This document shows positions 49,380 to 61,475 of a DNA stretch of 64,000 bases, one piece after another. Where the stretch lies: positions 6,572,001 through 6,636,000 of the forward strand of contig OZ234494.1 in the NCBI GenBank assembly GCA_965153455.1. The letters are read 5' to 3'. Both the position numbers and the translations under genes were made by a program. The notes below the pieces were generated by a model. That model was given only the letters and a program-made list of their open reading frames with translations. It did no database searches and was not told where the DNA came from. Source of the DNA: Sphagnum compactum. Its lineage: Eukaryota. Every line of letters begins with the position of its first letter. Within the stretch, counting starts at the first letter, position 1.

Positions 49380-50400
49380 CCTACTAATTGAACCAATTAT
49401 TAAAGAAATAAAAATCAACAAAAAAATGATATTACAACAAAACTTCACTTTCCAATTTAATTGGTAGCAGCAATAATCGTTCATCAATCACAAGGATTAT
49501 TCCTAGATGAATTAGCTTTTGATCCTATTATTATTTAAAAATGGAACATCAAACACAACTTTTTTTTTGCATTTGAACAAAAAATGGATTATATTTATTA
49601 ACTTCACTCCAACTTCAAAACTTTCACATTGATCAACACATAGTTGAAAAAATAAAAACATTAAAAAACATTTGCAAATTGAAAAACCTTTGTTCTTCAA
49701 TTGAATTTTTTTAATCATTCACATGTTGTTATATAAGCCTTCAATACAAATTCTTTATGATCACATTATCAAAATATAAATAACGACCACAACCTACAAG
49801 TATCACATGTTTTATATATTTTGGAAACTAAAATATAATCATCAAATGACATACATAAATTCATAAATACATCAAAATATTCATATATCTCAATTTATGA
49901 TGGCCACGGTTTGATAATGATGTACAACATGCAAATGCTCTTACATTTTTATAACACAACAATGTTTTATGGATTTGAATATATAGTAGCTACATTTAAC
50001 ATAAATACTCAACGAGAAATTCATATAATATGTATCTATAAAAGTCATTCTTGCTTGACTTTTATGTTCCTCAACACAGTAGAAGCCTTGATTAAAAAAT
50101 CCCCAAATCATTGCTTGGAGTCATTGTTTTAGGAGATTTAATATTGACATTTTAAATGACAACAACCATTAGAATAATAAAAAATGATTAATAGATTTTA
50201 TGAATAGATTAAAATTAAAATCTCAATTCAAAAATATCAAAACAAAAGCTAGATCACAATTAGACCACATATGAACAAATGCATGTGAAACTGATTGCAA
50301 ATTAGTTGTATCAAAAACATATTGGCCAAATTTCACAAATCGATTCATATGGCATTCAAACTACCAAACACACTTCCCAATCTATAACATCGAACCAATC
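49380..50400 (+). mobile_element. Degenerate PIF1-helicase C-terminus followed by an EEP/AP-endonuclease domain (Helentron/Helitron2-like transposase remnant)
   Basis: Helicase part: LHFPI*LVAAIIVHQSQGLFLDELAFDP from 49443 (PIF1 FPxxLAxAxTxHKSQG motif), then GLYLLTSLQLQNFHIDQHIVEK. Endonuclease part: ILETKI (~49820), IICIYKS (~50030), GD(F)NIDIL (~50132, 1-nt frameshift), SQLDHI (~50255), YW../HK.I (~50320-50345). Confidence 0.72.
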
Positions 50401-52524
50401 TCATCTCCATTCATTTAATGCCATTTTAAAAATAAAAAATACTTTATAAAACACAAAGCCCATGTGTTTGAACTTGCCATGAGGGCAAAACCATTACACA
50501 ACGAACTACTTGTTCCTATTGTGGGTTAATGCTTATCTCCAAGATGGCACAATAGGATGTGAAAGTGATGTGGGTGATATGTACCTTGCTTTTGTGCAAG
50601 GTCTTTGCAAGTTTTCGAAGCTTGACACATAGTTTGTTGGAGTTCGATTTAATAGTTTGATGAAGGATGAAGTTCAATGTTTAAGTGGATATTTCACCAT
50701 CAATCACTACCACTCAAACACTCAACACTCTGCAATGCTGGGGCAAAATTTTTTGGCCCCATCTTGACACAATGTGTGAGTGAAATCAAGAGTACTACTT
50801 GCGCACATGATGGGTGGGCATGTTCCAAAAAAGTGCATGCATCTAGATGAGAAAATCTACATCCAGTAGTGGAAGTTTTTAGTGTGAAGTTCAACCCCAT
50901 GTTAGGTGGTTCTTTACTTTTATGAACAACCTACAGTTGCAGTTCTAAAAAATAAATTAGAAATGTTCGGGTTCCACACATAAATGGAACCAGGATCTGG
51001 TTTCTGGTCCATTTCTTCAAAAAAAGAAGATTTACCTAAGTTTGTCGTCATTCACAATTTCACAAAATAGATTTAACCAGTATGTTAGATTTGAGCACTC
51101 TTGGAATTGCAACAGAAATTTCATTTGTGAAGTGCATTTGGATTTGTTATGTAGTAAAGGGGAGTCAAATCACTTCTTTGGGTTGAATGAATTTGAAAGA
51201 AGCTCTTGACAATTTAGAGCCTCTTGTTTTGTTTGATGTTAGTGATATTATAAAAACATTAAATTCAGAATCATTAATTTTATATAGTAAGTGATCTCAT
51301 GCAATTAAACTAGACATAAACATCCAGTGTGGTTATTACATTTTCGTGCTCAAATGGATTTGTAGTGCATGATCAAAATAAAGCTACAAAATATACAAGT
51401 TGTCTCTTGTTTGGGACTAAACCCTTTGATAAAGTTCGGCATCAATGCAACATGGTAAGGTTTGAAGATTGAAATCCTTCAAGAAATTTGCATGAAAAGG
51501 ATTTCTAACATTTGTTTTTTTGGGGGGTAATGGGGTAAAATCATGAGGGTTGTTGATCTGATATGAATTCAACAATGACACAACTATTTTTATAGCCCTA
51601 ATCAAAAGCTTTTAAGACTTTGTCGAGCTCCTCAATCAAACATGATTTGTTGAGTGTGACCTGGAACATTGCCCAAGTGAGCACAAGGGACAATCCACAG
51701 CTACCTGGATACCCAACATGTCTAGTATAGTGTCAGATTCCACACACAACACCTTCAGAGCTGAACTCCATCAAATATGTTCACTTGCTATTCCAGACCA
51801 AATGACAACAGAGGAACACCCAATTTGCAGAAGCACAACTGCCTGCACTTGTGTGGCTTTTGGACTCCATCATAAAGATCACCCAATTTGCAGAATCACA
51901 ATCTGGCTGCACCTACAGCTTCTGGACTCCATCCTAAAGAACAAGGGGCTCACTTTGCTTGCTTGTCCAGTTTATAGCCTCCTATCACAATCTCACAAGA
52001 AGTCTGCTCATGCTAAATACATGCTCATGCTAAATATTGTTTTGGGTTTAGTGTTTAGCAAAAATCACTGTATTCAGATGGAAGTCCATAAGAGAATTCA
52101 GTATAATCTCAAAATGCAAAAACCCTTTACAAGTTAAAAAAAGTCAGGGGAAAATATCCAGTGCTCAATTTTTTTACCTGTAGTTGGCTCCCACTCTTTC
52201 TCTGACTTGTTACCAAAATAAGAGATGGTGGAAAAGAGCTAATCTCTTTTGAGCCAAAAAAGGTAAAGTGCACTTGTAATAAAAATTTATGTGGGACACT
52301 AAAAAACTATGTTACAGTCTTGGGGGCAAACTGCATTTTTAACAACTTTCACAGAATGATCTGAGAGAACCCACCTTCCAAGATTTACACTTCAAAGATT
52401 TTTGAGCTAAAGTGCAATCTGAGAAGTGTAAATGGCTGGGGCATATATTACACCAATTGACTAACCCTACAACATGCAGAAGGACAATGACTACAACTAC
52501 CACTACTACTATAACGACTCTGCA

Positions 52525-55500
52525 TTAATTGTCAAAACTAGAGGACCGAGTGAAACGACCTTCCAAATATTCTTCCAGGAACACATTAGAGTGAGCCAGA
52601 TCAGTGCTGCATTGTGATGTGACATCATCATCATCATCATCATCAACTCCAAGCATGGCGAGTGCCATGTGTGTTTGTATGTCCACTTTACCATCCTCAT
52701 CATCCAATGTGCATCCTGTGTCGTCAAGATCTACAGATAATCTTGCCTCTTGCCTTTGGAAAATTGAAAGATTCTCACTTTGATCACCACAAAGGATTTT
52801 CAACACCTGAAAAAGGCAATTTTCAAAATCACTCACAGTCTGGAATACCATCATGTTCTCAATTAAATCAAAGCAACAAAGAGATCAAGTATGAATTAAT
52901 TGTGTGCTGCAAGCAAGATTCCCGTGGGGATTCAGGCACAGAAAAGGCCCTAAACCCTAAACCCTATACCTGGCTCATGCTGGGTCTGCGAGGAGCTGAT
53001 TGTTGGACGCATAATGAAGCTGCCAACACCATGCTCTCCATTTCATTCAAATCATACAATCCCACTGCTTTCAACTGTGGATCCACTAATTTCTCCAAAT
53101 TTCTCTCCTCCAGCAATGGACTGGCCTGTTCCCATGAGCAGCAAACCCAAAGACAATCAATCCAAAGGTATGGTCAATGGGAATGAAATTAGCAAACAGC
53201 AGAATGCAATTGAACATAAAATGAACAATGGATCAAGTCATATCATCAATCACTTTGAGGGGGGAAATAGATTTACCCAAGTCACAAGATTTTCTTGGCC
53301 TTTAGGCCTGGAAGTGTCAATTGGAGTCCGGCCAGTGATGAGCTCAAGAAGCACCACACCAAATGAATACACATCTGTTTTGTCATTCACTTTTCCGTAC
53401 ATGAAATACTCGGGTGCCAGATACCTGCCAATTCACACTGCTCATATTCCTGATACTGCATTTATGGGTTTGTGGGTTTAGGGTATCACTGTAAATATAC
53501 TTTCCAGAAAGTAGATTTTTCACCCCCTGAGTTCAAAGTGTGAGAAGAAGAAATAATGGAATTGGTCAGTTTACCCAAAAGTGCCAACCACGTCATTGCA
53601 CGGGATGTGTGGTGCATTTGTGGGACCCCACTTTGCAAGTCCAAAATCTGACAACTGCAAAATTTACCACCTTCAAACCCTCAGAATAGAAGATACAAAA
53701 CCTTTCAGGCACAGAGCATAAAAGATGTTTAGAGTTTAGAGTTCAGCTCTATTCAAGATCATACTAACAGTAGTATTACGGTTTGCTTTTGACAAATTCT
53801 TATGGCACCTCTTCAACATTGTGGCCACTTCGTAAATGGACAAGCAATGGAGGGGTCAGATACCTTACCCGAGGCTCAAAATCCTCAGTGAGAAGGATGT
53901 TTGATGCCTTCACATCTCTGTGAATGACAGGGCGGGGACAGCCACCCTGGATATAGTCCAACGCTTCTGCTACACCTACTGCCACTCGGTGTCGAACATT
54001 CCATGGCAATGGTGCCTCCTCATCCCTTCCTGTCCACAAATCAAACATGCCCATCACAAAGATTGTCAGGAAAATCACAGTAAATGACTGACACACACTA
54101 CCTATTGTGAGACCAGAAATATGTTTTTTTTTCCTCTCGCTTTGAAGATCTGTGGTGAATCCAGAATCAGATCATGTGCACACATGAGCTAGATTTTAAG
54201 GGGGGGAGTGTGATCTGAACTGTTTTTGCGTGCTTGACTCTTGCAATGGCCTTACCATGTAGATGATCATCCAAGCTCCCTTGTGCAATGTAATCGTAAA
54301 CAAGGATCATGTGTGGGGTGTCAACACAGTAGCCAAGCAGTGTGACAATATTAACATGTGATAGGGAGCATGTGATCTGGATGTCAGTTAGAAGCTCTTC
54401 TTCTGCTTGGTGCCCTCCTTGGTTTAAGCACTTTACTGCCACTAGCTTGCCATCCTGGGTCTGTCCTTTGTAAACTTGGCTTGCTCCTCCTCTTCCTATT
54501 ATTTTGCCTGCATATTTCATTCAACCCATTCATTGTTATTTCCAACTTCTCCAAATGTACCCAATTGGCTCGTCTCTTTCACACAAATGTACAGAAAAAG
54601 TATGTAATGCCACCAAATAAATATCGTTTTGAATTGACTCAAAGCACCCCCAGATAAAAAAAGAAAAAAAAAACGAACAATTGACAAATTTCCATATGAA
54701 CTTTTTTCTTATAGAACCAGATCTGAAAGATGCAACAAAATTCTTTTCTTTAAACTGCTGTCACAAACATGGGCAGAATTTCTTTAAAAATGGATTGGAT
54801 CTTGTGACCTAAAGTCCATCCCATTACAAAATGACAAGAAAACATGGTCTGACAATGTATTGCCAATTTCAGCACCATAGTATCATGTCACTGGACATCC
54901 ATGAGAGAGAAGTTACATGTAGAAGGGCTCAGAAGATCAGGGAAGAAGAAAACACACTACTCACTTGGTGAGAAATTGGAAGTTGCTGCTTTGAGCTGAT
55001 CATATGAAAACCACATGCAAGGTCGTTCTAGACAGAGACACTCCACTTGCTGTGCCAGAGTTGAAATATTTTCTTGTAAGGTCCTTGCAAAGCCCACATT
55101 TATTGATGACCGCATACTGGTTGTGAAAGCTTTTGATGATAGCTCTCCCAGTAATTTATTGCATTGAGCTTCGACTGCACCTCGAGGCAAAGTCAGTGAC
55201 CCTTTGTGTCTTGATCTTCCTGGCAGTTGCAAAGCCCAGTTCACAACTGACATACTTCGCTCTATTCCCGGAGCTAAGACAGGCTTTCTATCAAAGCCAA
55301 TTGCATTGTGCATTAGTGGCCAACCCGGGGTTAGCCCTGAATTCTCTTTGGCATTTGAGGCAGGAGATTCTCTAATTCTGCTAGTTTTGTCTCCAGGAAG
55401 CTTCTTCATGAATAGGGAGAAGGAAGTTTCGCTTTGTGGCAAAGTCCGTTGTGAGAAAACAGCAGGCTCATCGTCCGATTGGTCTGTGAGGAGAAACCCA

Positions 55501-58265
55501 AACCTCATAGAGCTTGAATCCCTCTGTGCTCCTTGTTTGTGTCTCTTTGAGAAGGAGATCCGAAATTCTTCCATCCCAGATGTGACTACCTGCTGGGCTG
55601 AAGGGAGAACACTTGTGGGTGAGCTCAAAGAGTCATCATTCTGCAGCGAGGATGGTGAGCTTCCAACCATTTCCAATTCACCACTGTGCCCAGATTTTTC
55701 CTCATCACTGCTAAGCCCTTTCATGGGATTATTATGAGAGGAGGTCAAATTTGGGGGAAAGGATGCGTCATCTGATAACTCGTCCATGCCTCCACTCGTG
55801 ACCTTGTGCCTTCTAAAACTCCTCATATTCCGACTGAAAACCTTCAGCATACCTGACCCTGCACAAACATCTCACGATCCACAACATCACCCAACAGTCT
55901 TCAAAAACCCTTTCTGTGGTATGGACATATTGAAATCCATCATCTCTCAAAATAGGTTGCACAGTTTATAGACAAGCTAGAGATTCAAACATTGGAGGCC
56001 AAGAGTAGTCTTCAATGTTCTGCCACTGACATATAACAGAAAGATTCTGCTTACTTGCGTTCCTCCTACTGGGCAACAAGTTCTCAAAGGTACTCAAAAT
56101 GGTGGTTTTTGCAGCCAGAACAATGGGTCTTTGAGTTGACTACTGAGCTGCAACTGACTGACTTCATAGACACAAAAAGTTCGTCACTGTGGATGTGGAG
56201 AACATGGATCATAATAAGATTCACTGCTACAGAGAAAAGAGATCTCAAACAAATTTTGATGAGGTAGTTATGGAGAAAGTGCAAAAGGGAAGACAACTTA
56301 CTTGGTGCTTCATTCTCTAAACAGCCTTGTTTGTCAAAGACAATGAGGCTGTGCTCGACAATAATCACAGTGCAAGTGCTAGGCAATCGCTTCAAACAGT
56401 ATGTTCCTAATTCGGTGCTGTGCCTGCCAACCGCACAATCATGCATTGCACACATTCAATGAACACAAGTAACATCAGTATTTGCATTGAAAAATATCTA
56501 CAGTGCATTCAACCCTCACACAGGCCCTGCTTCAGAAGGACATAACCCAATATTGCTCTTGATGCCAAAACCCACAAAGTACAAGTGTCTGATCCAATTA
56601 GATAGGATGACATTATTAGATTATTGACCTTTGTCCCAGTGCGGCCAAAAACTTAAGACCAACACTCAAGAATTGCCCAAAACTGCATAACTCTGAGGGA
56701 CCCATCCATGTAAATTCAGCTTTCCAGAGATTTAAAAATTGGGGAAAAAAACAAAAAGGCCATGTGGGTCATGTGGGGTGGGGAGAGAGAGAATGGGAAC
56801 TTTACCCACTGCTGAAGTGCTTGTTGCTGCCTAGAACAAGCTTGGAAGCTACTTGCTTCCCAGCAACCTCCACCAGTGCTTTTTTGGCCTTACTTCCTCT
56901 AACAATCTCCAACTGAAGCTTGACCTACAAACACCCCCCCCACACAGATGGTACAATGGATATCTTGTTGAGAAAAAAACCCTACAATGTCCAAGAGTAC
57001 AAGAAAGTTGCAGGCAGCAACATTGTATTCCTTTTCAAAGGACTGTCACTAGTAGTTCCTTATATCCCCTTTTGAGTAGTAGTAGAACTGGAGAAATGAA
57101 CCTCCAAACCAATCACAAAAAATGGAAACCAAAACCTTTGGAGAAATTCCATGTATATGCTGCTACTACTGCTGTTGTTTTTTGTTGTCAGGTGTGTGTA
57201 TATCAATCCCAAAAATGCTTCAACCCAATTCTATGGAGGCAATGTTCAACCCAATCCTAGGACCTTCAAGGCAGCAACAATGCAGTTCACAGGAAGCAAG
57301 ATAGAGAGTCCGACAAAATGGACATAAGAAGATATGTATGAGATGGGGGTAGAAGCTTTACTCGCTTCAGATTGCAGAGGCCTTCATAAACAGACAGCAC
57401 TCCTTTCAAGCTATTGCCAAGCTGCTGCATGTGAACATCTCCTTCCTTCTCTGTTTCCCCAGCACCCATCCATGCCCCAACAGATTGCCCATGTCAATAT
57501 GTCATGTCATAGCTACCATTGAAAATACTGCCTGCCTGACAGACAGCCCCCGTTTTTCCATCTCTTCACTGATCATCTAAGAGCTCAAGTAAAGCTGCTG
57601 CACTTGAGCATTGCCCCCCTGAAGGAAGGAAGGAAGGAAGGAAGGAATGCTCCAATTGTAAATGGGATCCAACAAAGCCCATCTGGGTACCATTTCTCGG
57701 GCAGCAGCAGCATTCCAGTTCCAAAACCAGTCCACAAGAAGAAGAAGAAGAAGAAGAAGAAGAAGAAGAGGGGATACGTAAAAAGCAAGAAATGGATTCA
57801 AGACTCTTCTTCTTCTCAACAACGACCTCTCTCAACCCCAAATTCTTCAATCCCCAGATTACCACCCCTTGTTCATGAACTCACCACCTTTTTTCCTCCC
57901 CCCCAATTCCTCTTCATCTTATTCTTCCCGAGAAAAAAAGGAAACCAGAAAGAGACCCCAAAAAACACACGCACACAATATATACCAGCGTGACGAGCAG
58001 AGAACGCGGAAACATGGACTGCAAGAATGTGATCCCCAGACTGCGCAAGTTTGGCGATGACCCAAGCCAACAACTCCCGAGAAGACGGCGTCAGCTTCAT
58101 CCCCACCACCAGTTTCCGCCCTTGCAGCGACTGCCCAGCTCTTCCTCCTCCTCCTCCTCCTCCATGCTGCTTCCTACTGTTCTTACTACTCTTACCTTGC
58201 ACCACATGAGCTTCACCCTCCGGACATAGTCTCCTCCCCCGTCCTGCTTCCACCTCCCCCTGCAT
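52525..58265 (-). CDS. Receptor-like cytoplasmic Ser/Thr kinase with N-terminal universal-stress-protein (adenine nucleotide alpha-hydrolase-like) domain, 11 exons, ~860 aa
   Basis: Exons (minus strand): 58265-57986, 57450-57362, 56924-56806, 56423-56302, 55858-54965, 54507-54256, 54029-53869, 53654-53575, 53424-53277, 53125-52970, 52806-52525. Total 2583 nt, in frame. USP motifs: [25 protein letters not shown] and VYEGLCNLK. Also PGWPL and [10 protein letters not shown]. Kinase motifs: [37 protein letters not shown]-terminus [17 protein letters not shown]. Confidence 0.9.
57621..57769. repeat. Intronic microsatellites (GAAG)6 and (GAA)11
   Basis: GAAGGAAGGAAG... at 57621-57646 and AAGAAGAAG... 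at 57736-57769, both in kinase intron 1. Confidence 0.9.
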
Positions 58266-59429
58266 GATCCAAACCTCCCTCCTGCCCTCCAAATCATACA
58301 AGAAGAAGAAGATTCATGTGGTGCGTCGTAAGCAGCAACTTGATGTTGAGCACTATTACTACTACTACTACACCCCACATCATATGCAGCAGCCAGTAAG
58401 CTGCTGATGCAACAACGCCGCCCGGGGCGAAGACGACGATGCTCTTGTTGTTCAGCTGTCTCCTGCACCACACCCGCTACAAACAACAAGTCGTAGTACT
58501 AGTCCACTGCTCTGCGGCTCAGATAGACACTGCAGCTGCTCATCACAGCAGCTAGCGCTGATCGCTCTGCTAATTCGTGCGCTCTGCACTGTTCTGTTGC
58601 TGCAGCGCATCATGGATTTGCATACTGACAATCCAGTCCCTTTACGTAGATTCACAACTAATGCGCACACAAACCAACCATGTGTGCGAGCCAGCGCCGG
58701 CGCCAGAGAGAGACGCCACAAGCGAGCGAGCCAGCGAAAGCACAGACGCAGCAGCAGAAGACGAAGCTCCTGCGCAGGCAAAGCAGGAGACGACGTTCAG
58801 GCGCTCAGACAGAAGAGGCTTCAGGCGTTCAGACGCTCAGACAGAAGAGGCGTCGTGCCAGGTGACAGGAATCTCCGCCTCTCATTTATCACCTCAAATA
58901 ACTACTCAAATGCCGTGGCCCCCACCCCACCCTCCCCCCCCGCCCGGAGTGTTTCTTCTGGCAATTACGTATGTGTTATAGCCAGAGTGGCGATGATCCA
59001 TAGAAGAGTTTAGCCATATTTGATCGCAGGCTAAATATGAAAGTAAGTGTTTTTAAAGACATCCTTCTATGTTGTTGTTGTTGTTGTTTTTTTTTTTTTT
59101 TTGTGTGAGTGGCTACCTACTTGAACCATATATAGAAATCTGGCGATTCTTCTTGAATTTTGGTCTTATTTTGTCTATCGAAAATCTCTAAAAGCATATG
59201 ACTGTCGCACTTTTTAATTTTTAATCTAGCATTTTGGCTATACGCAGGGCAGCAGAAAAAAGACTGCCCCCTGCCCCCTGCCCCCTCCCTTTGCTTTCCC
59301 TTCCGTAAGGGCACCTGCTTTTGGGACCTCGAAAGCAGGGGGGGAAAACTCCCCACTCCGTAAGTAAGCCGTCCTCCACTCGCTCTAGAGTAGGAATATA
59401 CCTCACCTAACCTGTTACCTGAACTGAAT

Positions 59430-59492
59430 TGACCCAACCTGACCTGGTCTGACCTGACCTGACCTGACCTGACCGGACCCTACCTGACCTGC
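59430..59492. repeat. (GACCT)n pentanucleotide microsatellite
   Basis: CCTGACCTGGTCTGACCTGACCTGACCTGACCTGACC. Confidence 0.85.
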
Positions 59493-59769
59493 ATTGGGTG
59501 AACCGGCAACTAGTACAACACTGGGACCATGGTGAGAATCCCAAACTTTTTGGGTGCAGCTTGTAAACGTTATAGACTGACCGTCCTTAGACGAAACCGC
59601 CTTGGGTGAACTAGAACCCACAATGGTACCATGGTCAAAATCCTGAATTACTACTGTCTCTGAGTCCAAATTTAACATTTCCTGGCTTTAAATATGTATC
59701 TATGAAGCAAGGTAATTTGTTTAATATTATTACTGATTTAATAAATTTGTTTTGTTTTGAGACTGTTTG

Positions 59770-60065
59770 AAGCTATGGTGTGGAGGTTAGTGGTTATTGA
59801 ACCATTTTCTCAATGAAAATTAAATAAAATCAAAATTGGAAAACTCTATAAGAATTTGGGGGTGTTCTTCTTGGGTGTCATTGGAGAGCTCTCAGCAAGT
59901 CAGATTTAATTTAAAGTTTTTTTCACAATTTTCAGAGCTAAGGTATGAAATATATTGATTTTTGAATGGCTTTTGTTGCTGAAAATTCAAACAAATTGCA
60001 AAAATTGGATTTTCGATCAATTGAGTCCTCAATGTGTTCACACTTGGGCCAACGGCACAAGCTAC
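59770..60065 (+). mobile_element. Second copy of the dispersed element at 13200-13550
   Basis: Shared TTTCACAATTTT..GAGCTAAGGT, ATATTGATTTTTGA, AATTCAAACAAATTGCAAAAAT and GAGTCCTCAATGTGTTCACA. Confidence 0.7.
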
Positions 60066-61169
60066 TCCACTTCTTAGTCACTAACTAAAAAGGCCCAATT
60101 TAAGAAGGTGAAGGTACCAGTATGGGTGCTGCTGGTTCACCCTGGCCAACAAAACAAAGGACTTTGAGTCCAAATTTAACATTTCCGAGGGCAAATATAT
60201 CACTCTCTGTTTAAGAGGCCTCACTCACTCAAGGAGGTGAAGGCACCAGTGTAGTAGGAACTGGTTCACCCTGGCCTACCTGACCTTATGAGTTAGTTGT
60301 ATCTTTCCTTTCGTTTCCTTTCCTTTACCTGACCTTACTTTAGGGGAACAAACCTTGTCGAAGTTTTCCTAGTGGAAATTTGAGGGCGCCTTCGACAACA
60401 CAATTTCCTTAACATCGGTTATGAAATTTATGAAAATTGGTTCAAATTTTGTTCTCATACATCATTGAAAAAGATGAGAATTACAAAATACCTTACAAAC
60501 TAGAGGCCCCATAAATTAGGGTCTCATTGACAACAATTTCGTAACGCTTCTTTGCTGCTCGGATGAAAATTTCATAATCGCTCTCTGCATGGATGGAAAT
60601 GAGGGCATCTTGAATCCTCATTAGAGATGGGTTATGATGTCTGGTAACCTGCGTGGTTCAGCACGGGTTACCCAGCCCATACATACTACACACCCAACCC
60701 TAAAAGCAAACAGGTAAGATAGTAGATAGTAGATACCAACAGCATTTACTGGACCTGCCCATTGTGAAAGTTTTGGTTTTTCGTGGCCCTGCCCGTTGTG
60801 AAAGTTTTTGATTTTTTGGGGTGGGTCCTGCCCGTCTGGATCATCATGAGTAGGTCAGGACTTGGAACTGGCCGTACCGATTGGGGACCCACTCATTAAA
60901 CTGTCAGACTAGGGGGGGACATTCCGTTTTGCGCCTGCCTCGGTTCATCCCAACCGTCAAACCTTCGGTTAATTGAATCGAAACCGCCCAAGAAGAAGGC
61001 AGTTGCTGGCCCGCCCCCTATGAATCAGGTGAGTTGGTAGGTAATATCTTGTAGGTAACAACAGTCACAGTCCTCGTTAGTAACTGTCCGGATTTTATGA
61101 TTTTTTGTCTGTTTGGCCTGTTGGAGTAAAAGTTACTATTTACTGGCTTTTACTTCTGGATTCGATTTT

Positions 61170-61475
61170 ATGACTTTTCTTTTACCCTCATGTACCCTAA
61201 GCCCTAAACCCTGCCTTTAGTTTTTAAAACCCTACCTTTGGTTTAGAAAAACCCTAATGACTTTTCTTTTACCCTCATGTACCCTAAGCCCTAAACACTA
61301 CCTTTAGTTTTTTAAACCCTACCTTTGGTTTTTAAAACCCTACCTTTGGTTTAAAAAAACCCTAGTGACTTTTCTTTTACCCTCATGTACCCTAAGCCCT
61401 AAACCCTACCTTTAGTTTTTTAAACCCTACCTTTGGTTTGTAAAACCCTACCTTTGGTTTAAAAAAACCCTATCT
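61170..61475. repeat. Compound tandem repeat (87-108 bp unit, 3 copies) built from AAACCCTA-like subunits
   Basis: GACTTTTCTTTTACCCTCATGTACCCTAAGCCCTAAAC at 61172, 61259 and 61367, each followed by 2-3 AAACCCTACCTTT(A/G)GTTT subunits. Confidence 0.9.

Noticed and set aside
52662-55737. Plus-strand ORFs of 150-180 aa (52662-53186, 53014-53481, 55204-55737)
   Set aside because: Antisense to kinase exons, with no recognisable motifs.
56050-56230. Possible extra kinase exon (acceptors near 56224, donor GCAA|GTAAG near 56055)
   Set aside because: The phase-compatible frames I tested hit stop codons, and exon 4 joins exon 5 in frame without it.
57566-57993. ORFs with poly-S/L/F/K runs
   Set aside because: Translations of intronic (GAA)n and (GAAG)n microsatellites.
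58577-59013. Plus-strand GC-rich ORFs (134 and 138 aa) as a divergent gene
   Set aside because: No domain or downstream exons; better explained as the GC-rich leader/promoter of the minus-strand kinase.
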